This document shows positions 50,466 through 60,347 of a stretch of DNA of 64,000 bases, one piece after another; the first letter of the stretch is position 1, and each line of letters begins with the position of its first letter. The position numbers and the translations under genes are program-made. Origin of the DNA: an uncultured Acidobacteriota bacterium (GTDB taxonomy: Bacteria > Acidobacteriota > UBA6911); assembly GCA_963827655.1 (NCBI GenBank), contig CAWHCF010000040.1, forward strand, positions 1-64,000. Direction: 5' to 3'. The notes under the pieces were generated by a model, which worked only from the letters and a program-made list of their open reading frames with translations, did no database searches and was not told the DNA's origin.

Positions 50466-50596
50466 GTTCAATTCACAAACGTGAAAAAGTCTTGTAACAT
50501 CATCGGTGGCTGCTGACAAGAAAGTTTCGTGAAATAAAGAGATTTTTAACCTTTCTTTCGCTTTTGCGGCTATTCTACCTTCGAAACGGAAAAAAC

Positions 50597-52177
50597 ATGA
50601 GAGTTGCAGCTATCGATCTGGGATCAAACTCCTTCCACATGCTTGTGGCGGAAATCCTGGGACCGAACTCGTTCGAAACCGTGCTGCAGGACAAGATGAT
50701 GATCCAGCTGGGCAAAACCGCCCTGGTAACCGGACGGCTGGATCCTCAAGCCATGGAGCGGGGCCTGCGCTGCCTCGACGAGTTTCGGCGCATGGCTCTG
50801 GCCCGCAGGGTGGATCGCACCCTCGCCGTCGCTACCAGCGCCATCCGTGAGGCCGAGAACGGAGAGGAATTTCTGCGCCGGGCGCGCGAGGAAAGCGGAC
50901 TCTCGGTTCGTCTGATCTCGGGTCGGGAAGAGGCGCGCCTGATCCACCTGGCGGTTTCACGGCACGTGGATCTGCGTGAGAAAGCCTTGCTGATCGACAT
51001 TGGAGGCGGGAGCGTGGAGCTGACGGTCGCCGATGCCTCCAGAATCTACTACTCCACCAGCGTAAAACTGGGCTTCTTGCGTCTGCAAGGAAGGTTCGTG
51101 TCCTCCGATCCAATGACCAAGCGGGAGGGTCGGGCGCTGACATCATTTGTGCGTGACTCGCTGCAGCATCCGTTCGTGGCCATCCGCAAGCACTCGCCGG
51201 GTTTGGTGGTCGGCACGAGCGGCTCCATCACCTCGTTGCTCCGGCTGGCTCAGCAGCGGCGGGGCGAGTCGGCAGGGGCGAGCGGTGGATCGTCCGAAGT
51301 AACCCGCGACGAGTTGAAAGCAATCCTGGCGGACCTTTTAAAGCTTCCGGCCGTGGATCGGGCCAGAAAGTTCGATCTCGATCCGCTCCGGTCGGAGTAC
51401 CTGGCCACCGCTCTGGTCTGCCTGGATGGGATACTGGAAGGGGCCGAGATGAAGGCTCTCCAGGTGTGCCAGGTGGCTCTGAGAGAGGGCCTGATCTACG
51501 ATTTCATGAGTCGCGCCACACCTGTGTCGGCGGCGCCGCGCGCCGATGGCGATCTGCGCTTTCGCGCCATCGTCGATCTGGCCAGCCGCTGCGACTACCC
51601 CATCGATCACTCGCACCGGGTGGCATCGGTTGCGGTGCAGATCTTCCGCCAGACGACCCATCTCCATGGTCTGGCGGAAAAGGAAGAACGTCTGCTCGAG
51701 TACGCTTGCATCTTGCACGACATCGGCTACCACATCGGTTATTCCAAGCACCACAAGCACGCCTATTATCTTGTCATGAATTGCGATCTGCGCGGGTTCA
51801 GCCCTGAGGAGAGGAGCATTCTGGCAAATCTGGTGCGTTATCACAGGCGAGCCCAGCCGAAGAACAAGCACCGTGCTTTCGCCGATTTGCCCGCCAGGGC
51901 GCGAAAGATCGTGAAGTATCTCACGTCGATTCTCCGCATTGCCGACGGCCTGGACATGAGTCATTTCTCGGTCGTGGACGAAATCAAGTGCACGGCGGCG
52001 AGAAAGAAGATCAATTTTCAGTTGACGGCGAATGCAAACTATTCCGACGCCGAGCTCGATTTATGGGCGGCCAAGAAGCACGCGCGTTATTTCGAAAAGT
52101 TGTTCAACGTGGAGACCCATTTTGCCGCGCGCACTCCGGCGCGGCGCGTCGTGGCCGAACAGCGCCGCGTTTCGTAG
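50597..52177 (+). CDS. ppx: Ppx/GppA exopolyphosphatase with HD domain (paralog 1)
   Basis: AAIDLGSNSFH, ATSAIREAEN, ISGREEARL, DIGGGSVE, LHDIG. Confidence 0.93.
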   Translation: MRVAAIDLGSNSFHMLVAEILGPNSFETVLQDKMMIQLGKTALVTGRLDPQAMERGLRCLDEFRRMALARRVDRTLAVATSAIREAENGEEFLRRAREESGLSVRLISGREEARLIHLAVSRHVDLREKALLIDIGGGSVELTVADASRIYYSTSVKLGFLRLQGRFVSSDPMTKREGRALTSFVRDSLQHPFVAIRKHSPGLVVGTSGSITSLLRLAQQRRGESAGASGGSSEVTRDELKAILADLLKLPAVDRARKFDLDPLRSEYLATALVCLDGILEGAEMKALQVCQVALREGLIYDFMSRATPVSAAPRADGDLRFRAIVDLASRCDYPIDHSHRVASVAVQIFRQTTHLHGLAEKEERLLEYACILHDIGYHIGYSKHHKHAYYLVMNCDLRGFSPEERSILANLVRYHRRAQPKNKHRAFADLPARARKIVKYLTSILRIADGLDMSHFSVVDEIKCTAARKKINFQLTANANYSDAELDLWAAKKHARYFEKLFNVETHFAARTPARRVVAEQRRVS

Positions 52178-52250
52178 CGTCTTCGTGTCTTGGCGGTGGA
52201 TGTTGCGTCAGTCGCTCACCGCCAGAATGCCAGCGTGAGATTCAGAATCG

Positions 52251-53804
52251 ATGACAGTTTCCAATAACACTCTGGTGGCGGCGATCGACATCGGATCGAG
52301 CGCCATTCGCATGGATGTGGCCGAGGCGCGGCCTGACGGGTCCCTCCACGTCCTCGACTCGTTGAAGAAGGGAGTTCAGCTCGGCAAGGACGCCTTCACA
52401 GAGGGTCATCTGAGCGAGGAGTCCATCCGGGCTGCCTGTGCCGCGCTGAAGGACTTCAAGAAGGTTCTCGACAGCTACGGGGTGCTTCGATATCGAGCCG
52501 TTGCCACGAGTGCCGTCCGCGAGTCGAGCAACAGCGACACGTTCCTGGATCGAGTACTGATGAGCACGGGTCTCGACGTGCAGATCATCGACGGCTCTGA
52601 AGAAAACCGCCTCACCTACTCGGCGGTGCTCGAATCTCTCCGAGGAATGCCTGAGATCGAGAAGGAGCCGTCGCTGCTGGTAGAAATCGGCGGAGGGAGC
52701 GCCGACGTCACCCTGTTGAGCAAAGGGGAGCCGGTTCAATCGGGAACCTTTCCGCTGGGCTCCATACGCCTGCGCGCTTCCGTGGGTTCGCCCACCGGGA
52801 CGCACGATCAGCAGGTCCGTCTGCTAAAACGCCACATTTCCAATGTGCTTACCAACGTCAAGCGGTCCATTGCCGTCAAAGAGGCGAGGCACTACATCGC
52901 AGTCGGAGGCGACGTGCGTTTTGCTGCGCGGGCCATCAAAGGCGCCACCGAAGACAGCCGGACCTGCATCGTGGCGCGAGACGCCTTCGCGGAATTCGTC
53001 GACTCGGTGACGCGCTTGACGGTCGATGCGCTCGTGCAGAAGCATGCGCTTTCCTACCTCGATGCCGAGACTCTGGGGCCGGCTCTGTTGGCCTACCAGC
53101 TGCTGCTGAAGGAGACTGAGGCTCCGCAGGTGATCATCGCGGATGCAAATATCCGCGCCGGGATTCTGCAGGATCTGACTCCCGCGGAAACAGGGAAGCG
53201 ACTGAAGAAGCTGGCCAATCAGATTCTCTCGGCTGCTCGAAGCCTGGGACGAAAGTACCAGTATGATGAAAACCATGCTGAACGCGTTCGGGAGTTGGCC
53301 GAGCTTGTCTTTGACGAAGTCAAAGGCGAGCAGCGCTTGACCGACACGCATCGCCTTTACCTGCAGGTGGCGGCGCTGCTCCACGACATCGGGCTCTTTG
53401 TCAGCCCCAGGGCCCATCACAAGCATTCGCAGTATTTGATCGCGTCATCGGAACTCTTTGGACTGAGACAGCGCGAGCTCGAGATCATCGGCAACGTTGC
53501 CCGGTACCATCGCCGGGCGCTGCCGCAGCGGACCCATAGTTCCTTCGTTTCCCTGGAGCGCGATGAACGCGTCGTGGTCTCCAAGCTTTCCGCCATTGTC
53601 AGGGTTGCCAACGCCCTCGATAAAGGACACCTGCAAAAGGTGACGGATTTGCAGTTACTTCGTGAAGGGGATCAGCTGGTTCTGGTCGCGCAGAACGTAA
53701 CCGATCTGACCATGGAAAGAGTTGCTCTCGCAAGTCGCAGTGAACTCTTTGCCGAAGTCTTCGGCAAGAGGATTGTCTTGCGGGAGGCGGCCAAAACCGC
53801 ATGA
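52251..53804 (+). CDS. ppx: Ppx/GppA exopolyphosphatase with HD domain (paralog 2)
   Basis: AIDIGSSAIR, ATSAVRE, IDGSEENRL, EIGGGSAD, LHDIG. Confidence 0.9.
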   Translation: MTVSNNTLVAAIDIGSSAIRMDVAEARPDGSLHVLDSLKKGVQLGKDAFTEGHLSEESIRAACAALKDFKKVLDSYGVLRYRAVATSAVRESSNSDTFLDRVLMSTGLDVQIIDGSEENRLTYSAVLESLRGMPEIEKEPSLLVEIGGGSADVTLLSKGEPVQSGTFPLGSIRLRASVGSPTGTHDQQVRLLKRHISNVLTNVKRSIAVKEARHYIAVGGDVRFAARAIKGATEDSRTCIVARDAFAEFVDSVTRLTVDALVQKHALSYLDAETLGPALLAYQLLLKETEAPQVIIADANIRAGILQDLTPAETGKRLKKLANQILSAARSLGRKYQYDENHAERVRELAELVFDEVKGEQRLTDTHRLYLQVAALLHDIGLFVSPRAHHKHSQYLIASSELFGLRQRELEIIGNVARYHRRALPQRTHSSFVSLERDERVVVSKLSAIVRVANALDKGHLQKVTDLQLLREGDQLVLVAQNVTDLTMERVALASRSELFAEVFGKRIVLREAAKTA

Positions 53805-55921
53805 GCTCCCAGCAGCCCCAGGCTCGCTTGTTCCTGAACCGGGAACTAAGCTGGCTGGAGTTCAACAGCCGCGTTCTTGAAGAATCCCGCAATTCGAGAA
53901 ACCCGCTTCTGGAGCGACTCCGCTTCTATTGCATCTTTCATTCCAATCTCGATGAGTTCTTCATGGTGCGAGTGGCTGCTCTAAGCCGCCAGATAAAGGA
54001 AGAGGACCATGCCTCGGATCCTGCCGGGTTCACCCCATACGAGCAGCGGGAGCGAATTCTTTCTCGTGTGCGAGATCTGGAGCACATGAGTTATGCGCTT
54101 TACAATACGAAGCTCCGTCGCGCCCTGGCTAAGGAAAAGATAAGGATCCTTCAGGTCGAGGAGCTCAATCCGGCGCAGCAGAGATACCTGGATGACTACT
54201 TCGATCAGCAAGTCTATCCGGTTCTGACCCCGCTGGCCATCGAGCAAAATCAGCCCTTCCCGCCGTTGCTCAGTCTTTCGGTGAACCTGGCGGTAAGGCT
54301 GATCTCCTTGAGGACGACTGACGAAGCCCCGCGGCTTGCCGTGGTTCAGGTGCCGGGAGGGTTGCCGGGGCTGTGCCGGCTCCCGCACGGAGAAGAGCTC
54401 GAGCTGTGCTGGCTCGCCGACGTGATCCGCCGAAGGCTGTCCGGGCTTTTTCCGGGTTACCAGATAGTCGAAGCCGCAGGATTCAGGCTTACTCGCGATT
54501 CCGAGCTGGAATTGGACGATGAAGGCCGCTATGACTACGTGCGCAACCTGGAATACGAATTGAAGAAGCGCCGTACTGCGGATCCTACGCGCCTGGAATT
54601 CCAGGAGCAAATGACGCCGGAGCTCCGGCGGCTTCTCCAGGAAGGGCTGGAGGTCGATGATTCCGCGATGTTGCCCGTAAAGAGGCCGCTCGATCCCCGT
54701 CCTCTTCTTTCCCTGGCGGACATGCCTGGTTACGACAAGTTACACTATCCGCCTCAACCTCCGATGATGCCGGCGGTCTTCGAACAGGAGCGGAACCTCT
54801 TCGATATCATAAGCGATGGCGATATTCTGCTCCATCACCCCTACGATTCTTTTGATCCGGTGGTCGAGTTTATTCAATCTGCGGCCGAAGACCCGGATGT
54901 TTTGGCCATCAAACAGACACTCTACCGCACGAGCGGAAAGGGATCGCGCCTCCTTCGGTCTTTGGTTGCTGCGGCGGAGAACGGAAAGCAGGTAACTGTT
55001 CTGGTAGAACTGACGGCGCGTTTCGACGAAGAGCGCAACATCGATTGGGCAAGGGACCTCGAGGAGGCGGGGGCTCACGTGATCTACGGCCTGGCCCGCC
55101 TGAAAGTACACGCCAAGGTCGCTCTGGTCGTGCGTCGTGAGCCCGCCGGAATTCGCCGTTACTTGCATCTGGCGACTGGAAACTACAACGAACGCACGGC
55201 TCGATTCTATACCGACTTCGGCCTGCTCACGGCATCCGATGCGTTCGGTGCTGATGCCTCGGGTTTTTTCAATTCCCTCACGGGTTACTCCGAGCCTCCT
55301 ATGTTTCAGAGACTGGTCGTGGCACCCCTCGGACTTCGTGAGCGAATCGTCTCGCTGATTCGGAGGGAGGCTGATCGCGCCCGGTCCGGCCAGATTTCGG
55401 GCATTCTTGCCAAAATGAACTCTCTGGTCGATCCGGTGATCATTCAGGAACTGTCAGCCGCGAGCACGGCTGGAGTTTCTATTCGGTTGAACGTTCGTGG
55501 CATATGTTGCCTTCGACCCGGGTTGCCCGGCGTGAGCGAGCACATCCGAGTTATCTCGATTGTAGATCGATACCTTGAGCATGGCCGCGCTTTTGTGTTT
55601 CGCAACGGAGGTAACGCCGAAGTGTATCTTTCCAGCGCGGACTGGATGCCGCGTAACCTCGACCGTCGCATCGAGCTGATGTTCCCTGTCCTGGATGAAT
55701 CCGCCAAGAGAAAGGTGATCGAGGCCCTGGAGGCGCAGTTTGCCGACAATCAGAAAGCTCGTTTGTTACTCCAGGATGGCAGCTACCAGCGGATCACTCC
55801 GGGTCGATCCGACCCGGTCCGGGTCCAGGAATATCTTTACCGGCAACTTCTGGAAGAACGGGAGCGAACTCGAGCCGTGACTCCGGTCCGTTTTGTTCCG
55901 ATCGAAGGATCGAGGACTTAA
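53801..55921 (+). CDS. ppk1: Polyphosphate kinase 1
   Basis: NRELSWLEFN, NLDEFFMVRVA, HHPYDSF, KVHAK, YLEHGR, SADWMPRNLDRR. Confidence 0.97.
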   Translation: MSSQQPQARLFLNRELSWLEFNSRVLEESRNSRNPLLERLRFYCIFHSNLDEFFMVRVAALSRQIKEEDHASDPAGFTPYEQRERILSRVRDLEHMSYALYNTKLRRALAKEKIRILQVEELNPAQQRYLDDYFDQQVYPVLTPLAIEQNQPFPPLLSLSVNLAVRLISLRTTDEAPRLAVVQVPGGLPGLCRLPHGEELELCWLADVIRRRLSGLFPGYQIVEAAGFRLTRDSELELDDEGRYDYVRNLEYELKKRRTADPTRLEFQEQMTPELRRLLQEGLEVDDSAMLPVKRPLDPRPLLSLADMPGYDKLHYPPQPPMMPAVFEQERNLFDIISDGDILLHHPYDSFDPVVEFIQSAAEDPDVLAIKQTLYRTSGKGSRLLRSLVAAAENGKQVTVLVELTARFDEERNIDWARDLEEAGAHVIYGLARLKVHAKVALVVRREPAGIRRYLHLATGNYNERTARFYTDFGLLTASDAFGADASGFFNSLTGYSEPPMFQRLVVAPLGLRERIVSLIRREADRARSGQISGILAKMNSLVDPVIIQELSAASTAGVSIRLNVRGICCLRPGLPGVSEHIRVISIVDRYLEHGRAFVFRNGGNAEVYLSSADWMPRNLDRRIELMFPVLDESAKRKVIEALEAQFADNQKARLLLQDGSYQRITPGRSDPVRVQEYLYRQLLEERERTRAVTPVRFVPIEGSRT

Positions 55922-55957
55922 CGATTTACGATTGACGATTTACGATTGACGATTGAA
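55922..55957 (+). repeat. GATTTAC/GATTGAC heptamer arm directly after the ppk1 stop
   Basis: gatttacgattgacgatttacgattgacgattgaa, same as the arm at 48715. Confidence 0.88.
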
Positions 55958-56011
55958 TCGCATTTGGGATGGGTCCTGCTCGTTTCACCTTGACCGGGCC
56001 ATCCAGGTGCG

Positions 56012-56130
56012 CTAGTTCTGGCGTCTTTCCATCAGTAGCGCTCGCAGTTGCTCGTAGACGCTCCGCCGGGGACCAACAAAGACGATATCAAGCGTGCTTC
56101 AGTTGTGTATCGAACCCGAAAGGTCTTCAC
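56012..56130 (-). pseudogene. RelE/ParE toxin with an internal deletion
   Basis: GTG overlaps the antitoxin stop; MKTFRVRYTTEA joined out of frame to TLDIVFVGPRRSVYEQLRALL*. Confidence 0.78.
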
Positions 56131-56405
56131 ACGGGGCCACGACCAAACACGGCTTCATGGGTAACCCACTGTCCCGCCTCAGCCTGTTTCAGCGAGCGCC
56201 GAAGGGAGCGCATGGCTTGCCGGTCGCTTAGAATTTCGATTGTTTCCATGAGTCCTTCAAACTGATCTATGCTCAAGAGCACAGCCGCCGGCACACCGTC
56301 CCGGGTAATTGCCACAATCTCTTGTCTCGACTTCAGTCCGCGAATCAAATCGAGCAACCGGTTCTTTGCCTCCGTAACTGACACAAACCGATCCACGTGT
56401 GGCAT
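56127..56405 (-). CDS. Phd/YefM-family antitoxin
   Basis: VSVTEAKNRLLDLI, ITRDGVPAAVLLS, LMETIEILSD. Confidence 0.92.
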   Translation of the reverse strand: MPHVDRFVSVTEAKNRLLDLIRGLKSRQEIVAITRDGVPAAVLLSIDQFEGLMETIEILSDRQAMRSLRRSLKQAEAGQWVTHEAVFGRGPV

Positions 56406-56429
56406 CTCAATCTCCAATGGCTTTTTTGA

Positions 56430-56463
56430 TGGTCATTATACTGGCCAGCGAGTGCTGACGCAA
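56430..56463 (-). promoter_or_regulatory. Sigma70 promoter of the TA operon with an operator-like palindrome over the -10
   Basis: TTGCGT-N17-TATAAT; TGGCCA-GTATAA-TGACCA. Confidence 0.7.
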
Positions 56464-56577
56464 GGAACCGGAGGGAACAGGGCCCGATCCAGTTGCGGCG
56501 GTTCCGTCGCTTCGACTGGGGGGGCGGTGTGCTCAGGAAGGCTTTTTTGAGTCTTGGCGTCTTTGCGGTAGTTTTTG

Positions 56578-57639
56578 TCAGGGAATGATCGCGATCTTGA
56601 TGTCGCCATTCCGGTTCAGCAGTCGTTCCAAAACGATGCGCAGCGCGGGGAGCCGCTCTTCGCCTGTAATGAATGTCCGGGCGCGAAACTCGCCGCGATG
56701 GATGGCTTCGAGCGCCTCGCGAATGTGACGCGGCGTGTGATGGAAGCTGGCTTTTATCGTGATCTCGGAATAATGGATGAGGGTCGTGTCCAGCGGTATG
56801 TGCGTTCCCGAGGGGCAGCCGCCAAAGAGATTAATGGTACCTCCGCGCCGGACCATTCCCATGGCTTGCTGCCAGGTTTCGGTTGTGCCCACGGCCTCCA
56901 CAACCACATCCGCGCCGCGCCGTCCGTTGGTAACGTTGCGGACCTGCTCCACGATATTACTGTTGGTAGAATCCAGGACGTAGTCGGCCCCGATTGCTCC
57001 GGCCATCGCGAGTTGCTTCGCCCTTTTGCCTACCGCGATGACGGTCGTTCCCAGCTTCTTGAGCAACTGGACGAACATGAGCCCAATAGGTCCCATGCCG
57101 ATGACGACAACCGTGTCCCCCTCGATGATGGCGGTTTCTTCAATAGCGCGCAGAACGCAAGCTAATGGTTCTACCAGGGCCGCCTCTTGAAAACTCAACT
57201 TGTCCGGAAGAATAAGCAGATTCTGACGCACAATCCGTTCGGGAATTTTTATGAACTCGGCGTAGGCGCCATTGATGAATTGGAGATCTTCACAGAGATT
57301 GGCCAGGTGTCGCTCGCAAAAAAAACACTGGTTACAGGGACCGGAATTCGCAGAAACCACGCGCATGCCTGGAGTGAAGCTATCGACTCCTTCTCCTATT
57401 TCTTCAATCACGCCGGCCAGTTCGTGCCCGAACACGGCCGGAGGGACGATCATGCGCGCATGGAATCCCTGGCGGTAGACCTTCAAGTCTGTGCCGCAGG
57501 TCAGGGCGGCTTTTATGCGCACCAGAACTTCGCCGGGGCCGATGCGGGGAATGGGGATTTGCTCGATCCGCACATCTCGCTTCCCATAGAGCACGGCCGC
57601 GACCATTTTCTCTGTGGTGACCTTGATGAGATCTCTCAT
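56578..57639 (-). CDS. Zn-dependent medium-chain dehydrogenase
   Basis: LTCGTD, FGHE, CNQCFFC..C, VEPLAC, GMGPIG. Confidence 0.92.
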   Translation of the reverse strand: MRDLIKVTTEKMVAAVLYGKRDVRIEQIPIPRIGPGEVLVRIKAALTCGTDLKVYRQGFHARMIVPPAVFGHELAGVIEEIGEGVDSFTPGMRVVSANSGPCNQCFFCERHLANLCEDLQFINGAYAEFIKIPERIVRQNLLILPDKLSFQEAALVEPLACVLRAIEETAIIEGDTVVVIGMGPIGLMFVQLLKKLGTTVIAVGKRAKQLAMAGAIGADYVLDSTNSNIVEQVRNVTNGRRGADVVVEAVGTTETWQQAMGMVRRGGTINLFGGCPSGTHIPLDTTLIHYSEITIKASFHHTPRHIREALEAIHRGEFRARTFITGEERLPALRIVLERLLNRNGDIKIAIIP

Positions 57640-58742
57640 GGGCGTATCATAACCTTCAGCGAGCCCTGGGAGGGGTGGGCCGCCAAATGGATACCTTCCA
57701 ACACCCGGTCTAAGTCGAACCGGTGCGTCACGAGTCCTGCCACCTTTACAGTTCTCGAGAAGATGAGTTCGGCTGCCTTCGCTTGAAGCTCGATCGACGC
57801 GCTGTAGCTGCCGATCAGTTTTTTTTCTTCGACGCAGATCCGGGAAAGGTCCACCGGAATCGTCTCGCCGGGTATCGTTTGCGCGAAGAGGAGAACTCGC
57901 CCGCCGCGCCGAACCAGGCGTTGGGCCGAGCCGATGGCACCGGGGTCGGCGGTCGCCACGATGGCCAGATCCGCTCCGCGGCCGCCGGTCAGGTCTCCTA
58001 TCTCGCGCTCGATGTTCGTCCGATCGGGGTTCAAAGCCAGTCGCGCGCCCAGCCGCCGCGACATCTCGAGTCTGGTCTCGAGAAGATCGAGCCCTATCAC
58101 GTCGGCCCCTTCGCAGGCCGCCGCCTGCAGGAGAAGAAGCCCGATGGGTCCCTGACCCAGGATCGCCACGACTTCTCCTCTTTCCATCTGTGCCGTTTCA
58201 AGAGCGCGGAGACATGTATTCAGGGGTTCGAGAAAGCTGGCTTCCTCGAACGTAACCTGGTCGGGTATCCGGACGGTCCCATCATTGACAATCCAGTCCA
58301 TGACTCGGACGTACTCGGCGAATCCGCCGCCGGCGGGCTCAAAGCCCGCGGTTGTTCCCGTACGCCGGTAAAACTCGCATTGAGAATAGAGCCGCTTCCG
58401 GCAGTAGAAACATCGGCGGCACGGGATGTGGTGATGGACCGCAACACGATCTCCGGGAACGAATTGCGTTACTCCTCTCCCGACGGAAACCACGGTTCCC
58501 GCGGTCTCGTGTCCGAAGATCCTTGGAGGCTGAACCAGGCCGTATTCAATCTTCTTGATGTCGGTGCCGCACACTCCGCAAGTCTGGACCCGGACCAAAA
58601 GCTCTCCGTCACCGACCTCCGGTACAGGCACTCTCTCGAGCGCCAGCTGATTCTTTCCGCGATAGACGGCCGCCCGCATGTCTCCGGAAACGGAGAAGCT
58701 CTTTTCCTGGTGTTCGAGAATTGCGGCGTCCATTCGTTTCAT
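57636..58742 (-). CDS. Zn-dependent medium-chain dehydrogenase
   Basis: GVCGTD, FGHE, CRRCFYC..C, LEPLNTC, GQGPIG. Confidence 0.92.
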   Translation of the reverse strand: MKRMDAAILEHQEKSFSVSGDMRAAVYRGKNQLALERVPVPEVGDGELLVRVQTCGVCGTDIKKIEYGLVQPPRIFGHETAGTVVSVGRGVTQFVPGDRVAVHHHIPCRRCFYCRKRLYSQCEFYRRTGTTAGFEPAGGGFAEYVRVMDWIVNDGTVRIPDQVTFEEASFLEPLNTCLRALETAQMERGEVVAILGQGPIGLLLLQAAACEGADVIGLDLLETRLEMSRRLGARLALNPDRTNIEREIGDLTGGRGADLAIVATADPGAIGSAQRLVRRGGRVLLFAQTIPGETIPVDLSRICVEEKKLIGSYSASIELQAKAAELIFSRTVKVAGLVTHRFDLDRVLEGIHLAAHPSQGSLKVMIRP

Positions 58743-58813
58743 AAGACGAGCTAGGTTCGGTGTCTGTTCCGGGCGAGCTGCGTCGTGTCTCCTGGTCCTT
58801 GAGTCCTCAGCGG

Positions 58814-59855
58814 TTAAATGGTTTTCTCGCGCAAGTCGGAAATCCGGTCTTGAGCCGAGTCAGGTCTCCAATGGTACCGAAAGTAGTCCACGGCTTCCCT
58901 GAGGGCTTGTTCCACGGGCCTTGGGCTGAAGCCAAGCTCCCGGCGGGCCTTCTCGCTGCTGACATACATTTTGTAGCGAGCCATCTTGACCCCTTCCAGC
59001 GGAATGATCGGTTCGCGTCGCAGGATGGTTCCCAGGACCAGGTTGTCCATCCAGCCTGCCATGAACGCGACGATCCAGGGGATTTGGACTCGCGGCGTCC
59101 AACGGCCCGAGATATGAGCCAGGGCGTCGAGAATCTCCTCCACGCGCCAGTTTTCTCCGCCGAGAATGTATCGTTCCCCAACCCGGCCTTTTTCTTCTGC
59201 AAGCAGGTGTCCGCGCGCTACGTCTTCTACTCCCACGATATTCAATCCGGTATCCACGTAAGCCGGCGCGCGTCCTTTGATGAAGTCGCGGATCATCTTT
59301 CCGATGGGCGTGGGCCTGATATCCCCCGCGCCCACCGGCGTGGTGGGGTTGACAACTATAACCGGAAGCCCTGAGACGGCAAATTCAAGCGCAACCTGCT
59401 CGGCGATGAATTTCGATCTTTCGTAATGACCGATCATGTCATCGAGAGCGATTGGACTGTTCTCGTCGGCGGGTTGGCGATTGTTGCGCGTCCCTATTGT
59501 GCCGGCCGTGCTGGTGTACACAACCTTTTCCACTCCGGGCCTCACAACAAGCCGAGAGCAGGTTTCGCGTGCCGGCCACGTTGCTGTCATAGATGTCCTG
59601 AGGATCCTTTGCCCAAAGACGGTAATCGGCGGCGACGTGATAAACGCGACGGCATCCCTGCACGCAGCGCAGAAGAGACATGGCATCCTTCAGGTCGCCG
59701 ATGACGATCTCGCATTCCAACCCTTCGATATTCGCCTTGCGGCTCGAATTACGGGCCAGGATTCGGACCCGGTCACCGCGCAATCGAAGTAGCCGAACCA
59801 CATGGCTGCCTAAGAACCCCGTTGCTCCGGTAACGAAAGTCAAGTTGTCTGCCAT
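58814..59855 (-). CDS. hpnA: Hopanoid-associated sugar epimerase; frameshift near 59545
   Basis: FVTGATGFLG, YHVAADYRLW, MIGHYERSK, DIRPTPIG, YVDTGLN, LEGVKMARYKMY. Confidence 0.88.
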
Positions 59856-60347
59856 GCCGCCATCCGGAAAGTATTGCCCGATTTTCGATTGAGACCCGAC
59901 CGTCTCCTTGATTGCGGTCGCGTTTTCTCCGTCAGGGCCGCATCCTTTAGACGCGAGATTGCAGGGAAACCAGAGGAGAGCGCGTCCTCCGGATCCGCTT
60001 TTGCTTCGGTACGTAGCCTCTGATGGAGGCGGTCACAAGACTGGAGATTTCATTGATATGATTCACGCCCGTCACCAAACCGACTGCAATCCGCTTACTG
60101 CGCCCGCCGCAGGTATCGAACGTGCCACCCAAATGCGGATCTGCGAGTATATCCGAAATGACCGGGCTTTTCCACAATCGGACGGGGCACTTGAGCGTTT
60201 CGGGGAACCGTGCTCGTTCCCGTTCCCAGGGTCAAGTTCCTGGCGTTTCTTCCAGTCTTCGTGTCCTGGTGGTTGGGTTTTGTCCACCGGCACCTTACCA
60301 CGAAGATTGCGAAGATACTAAGAAGGTGGGACTGGGAACGGCTTGGA

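Noticed and set aside
59880-60340. ORFs between hpnA and ispH
   Set aside because: Several overlapping short frames without motifs or RBS, partly made of repeat tracts
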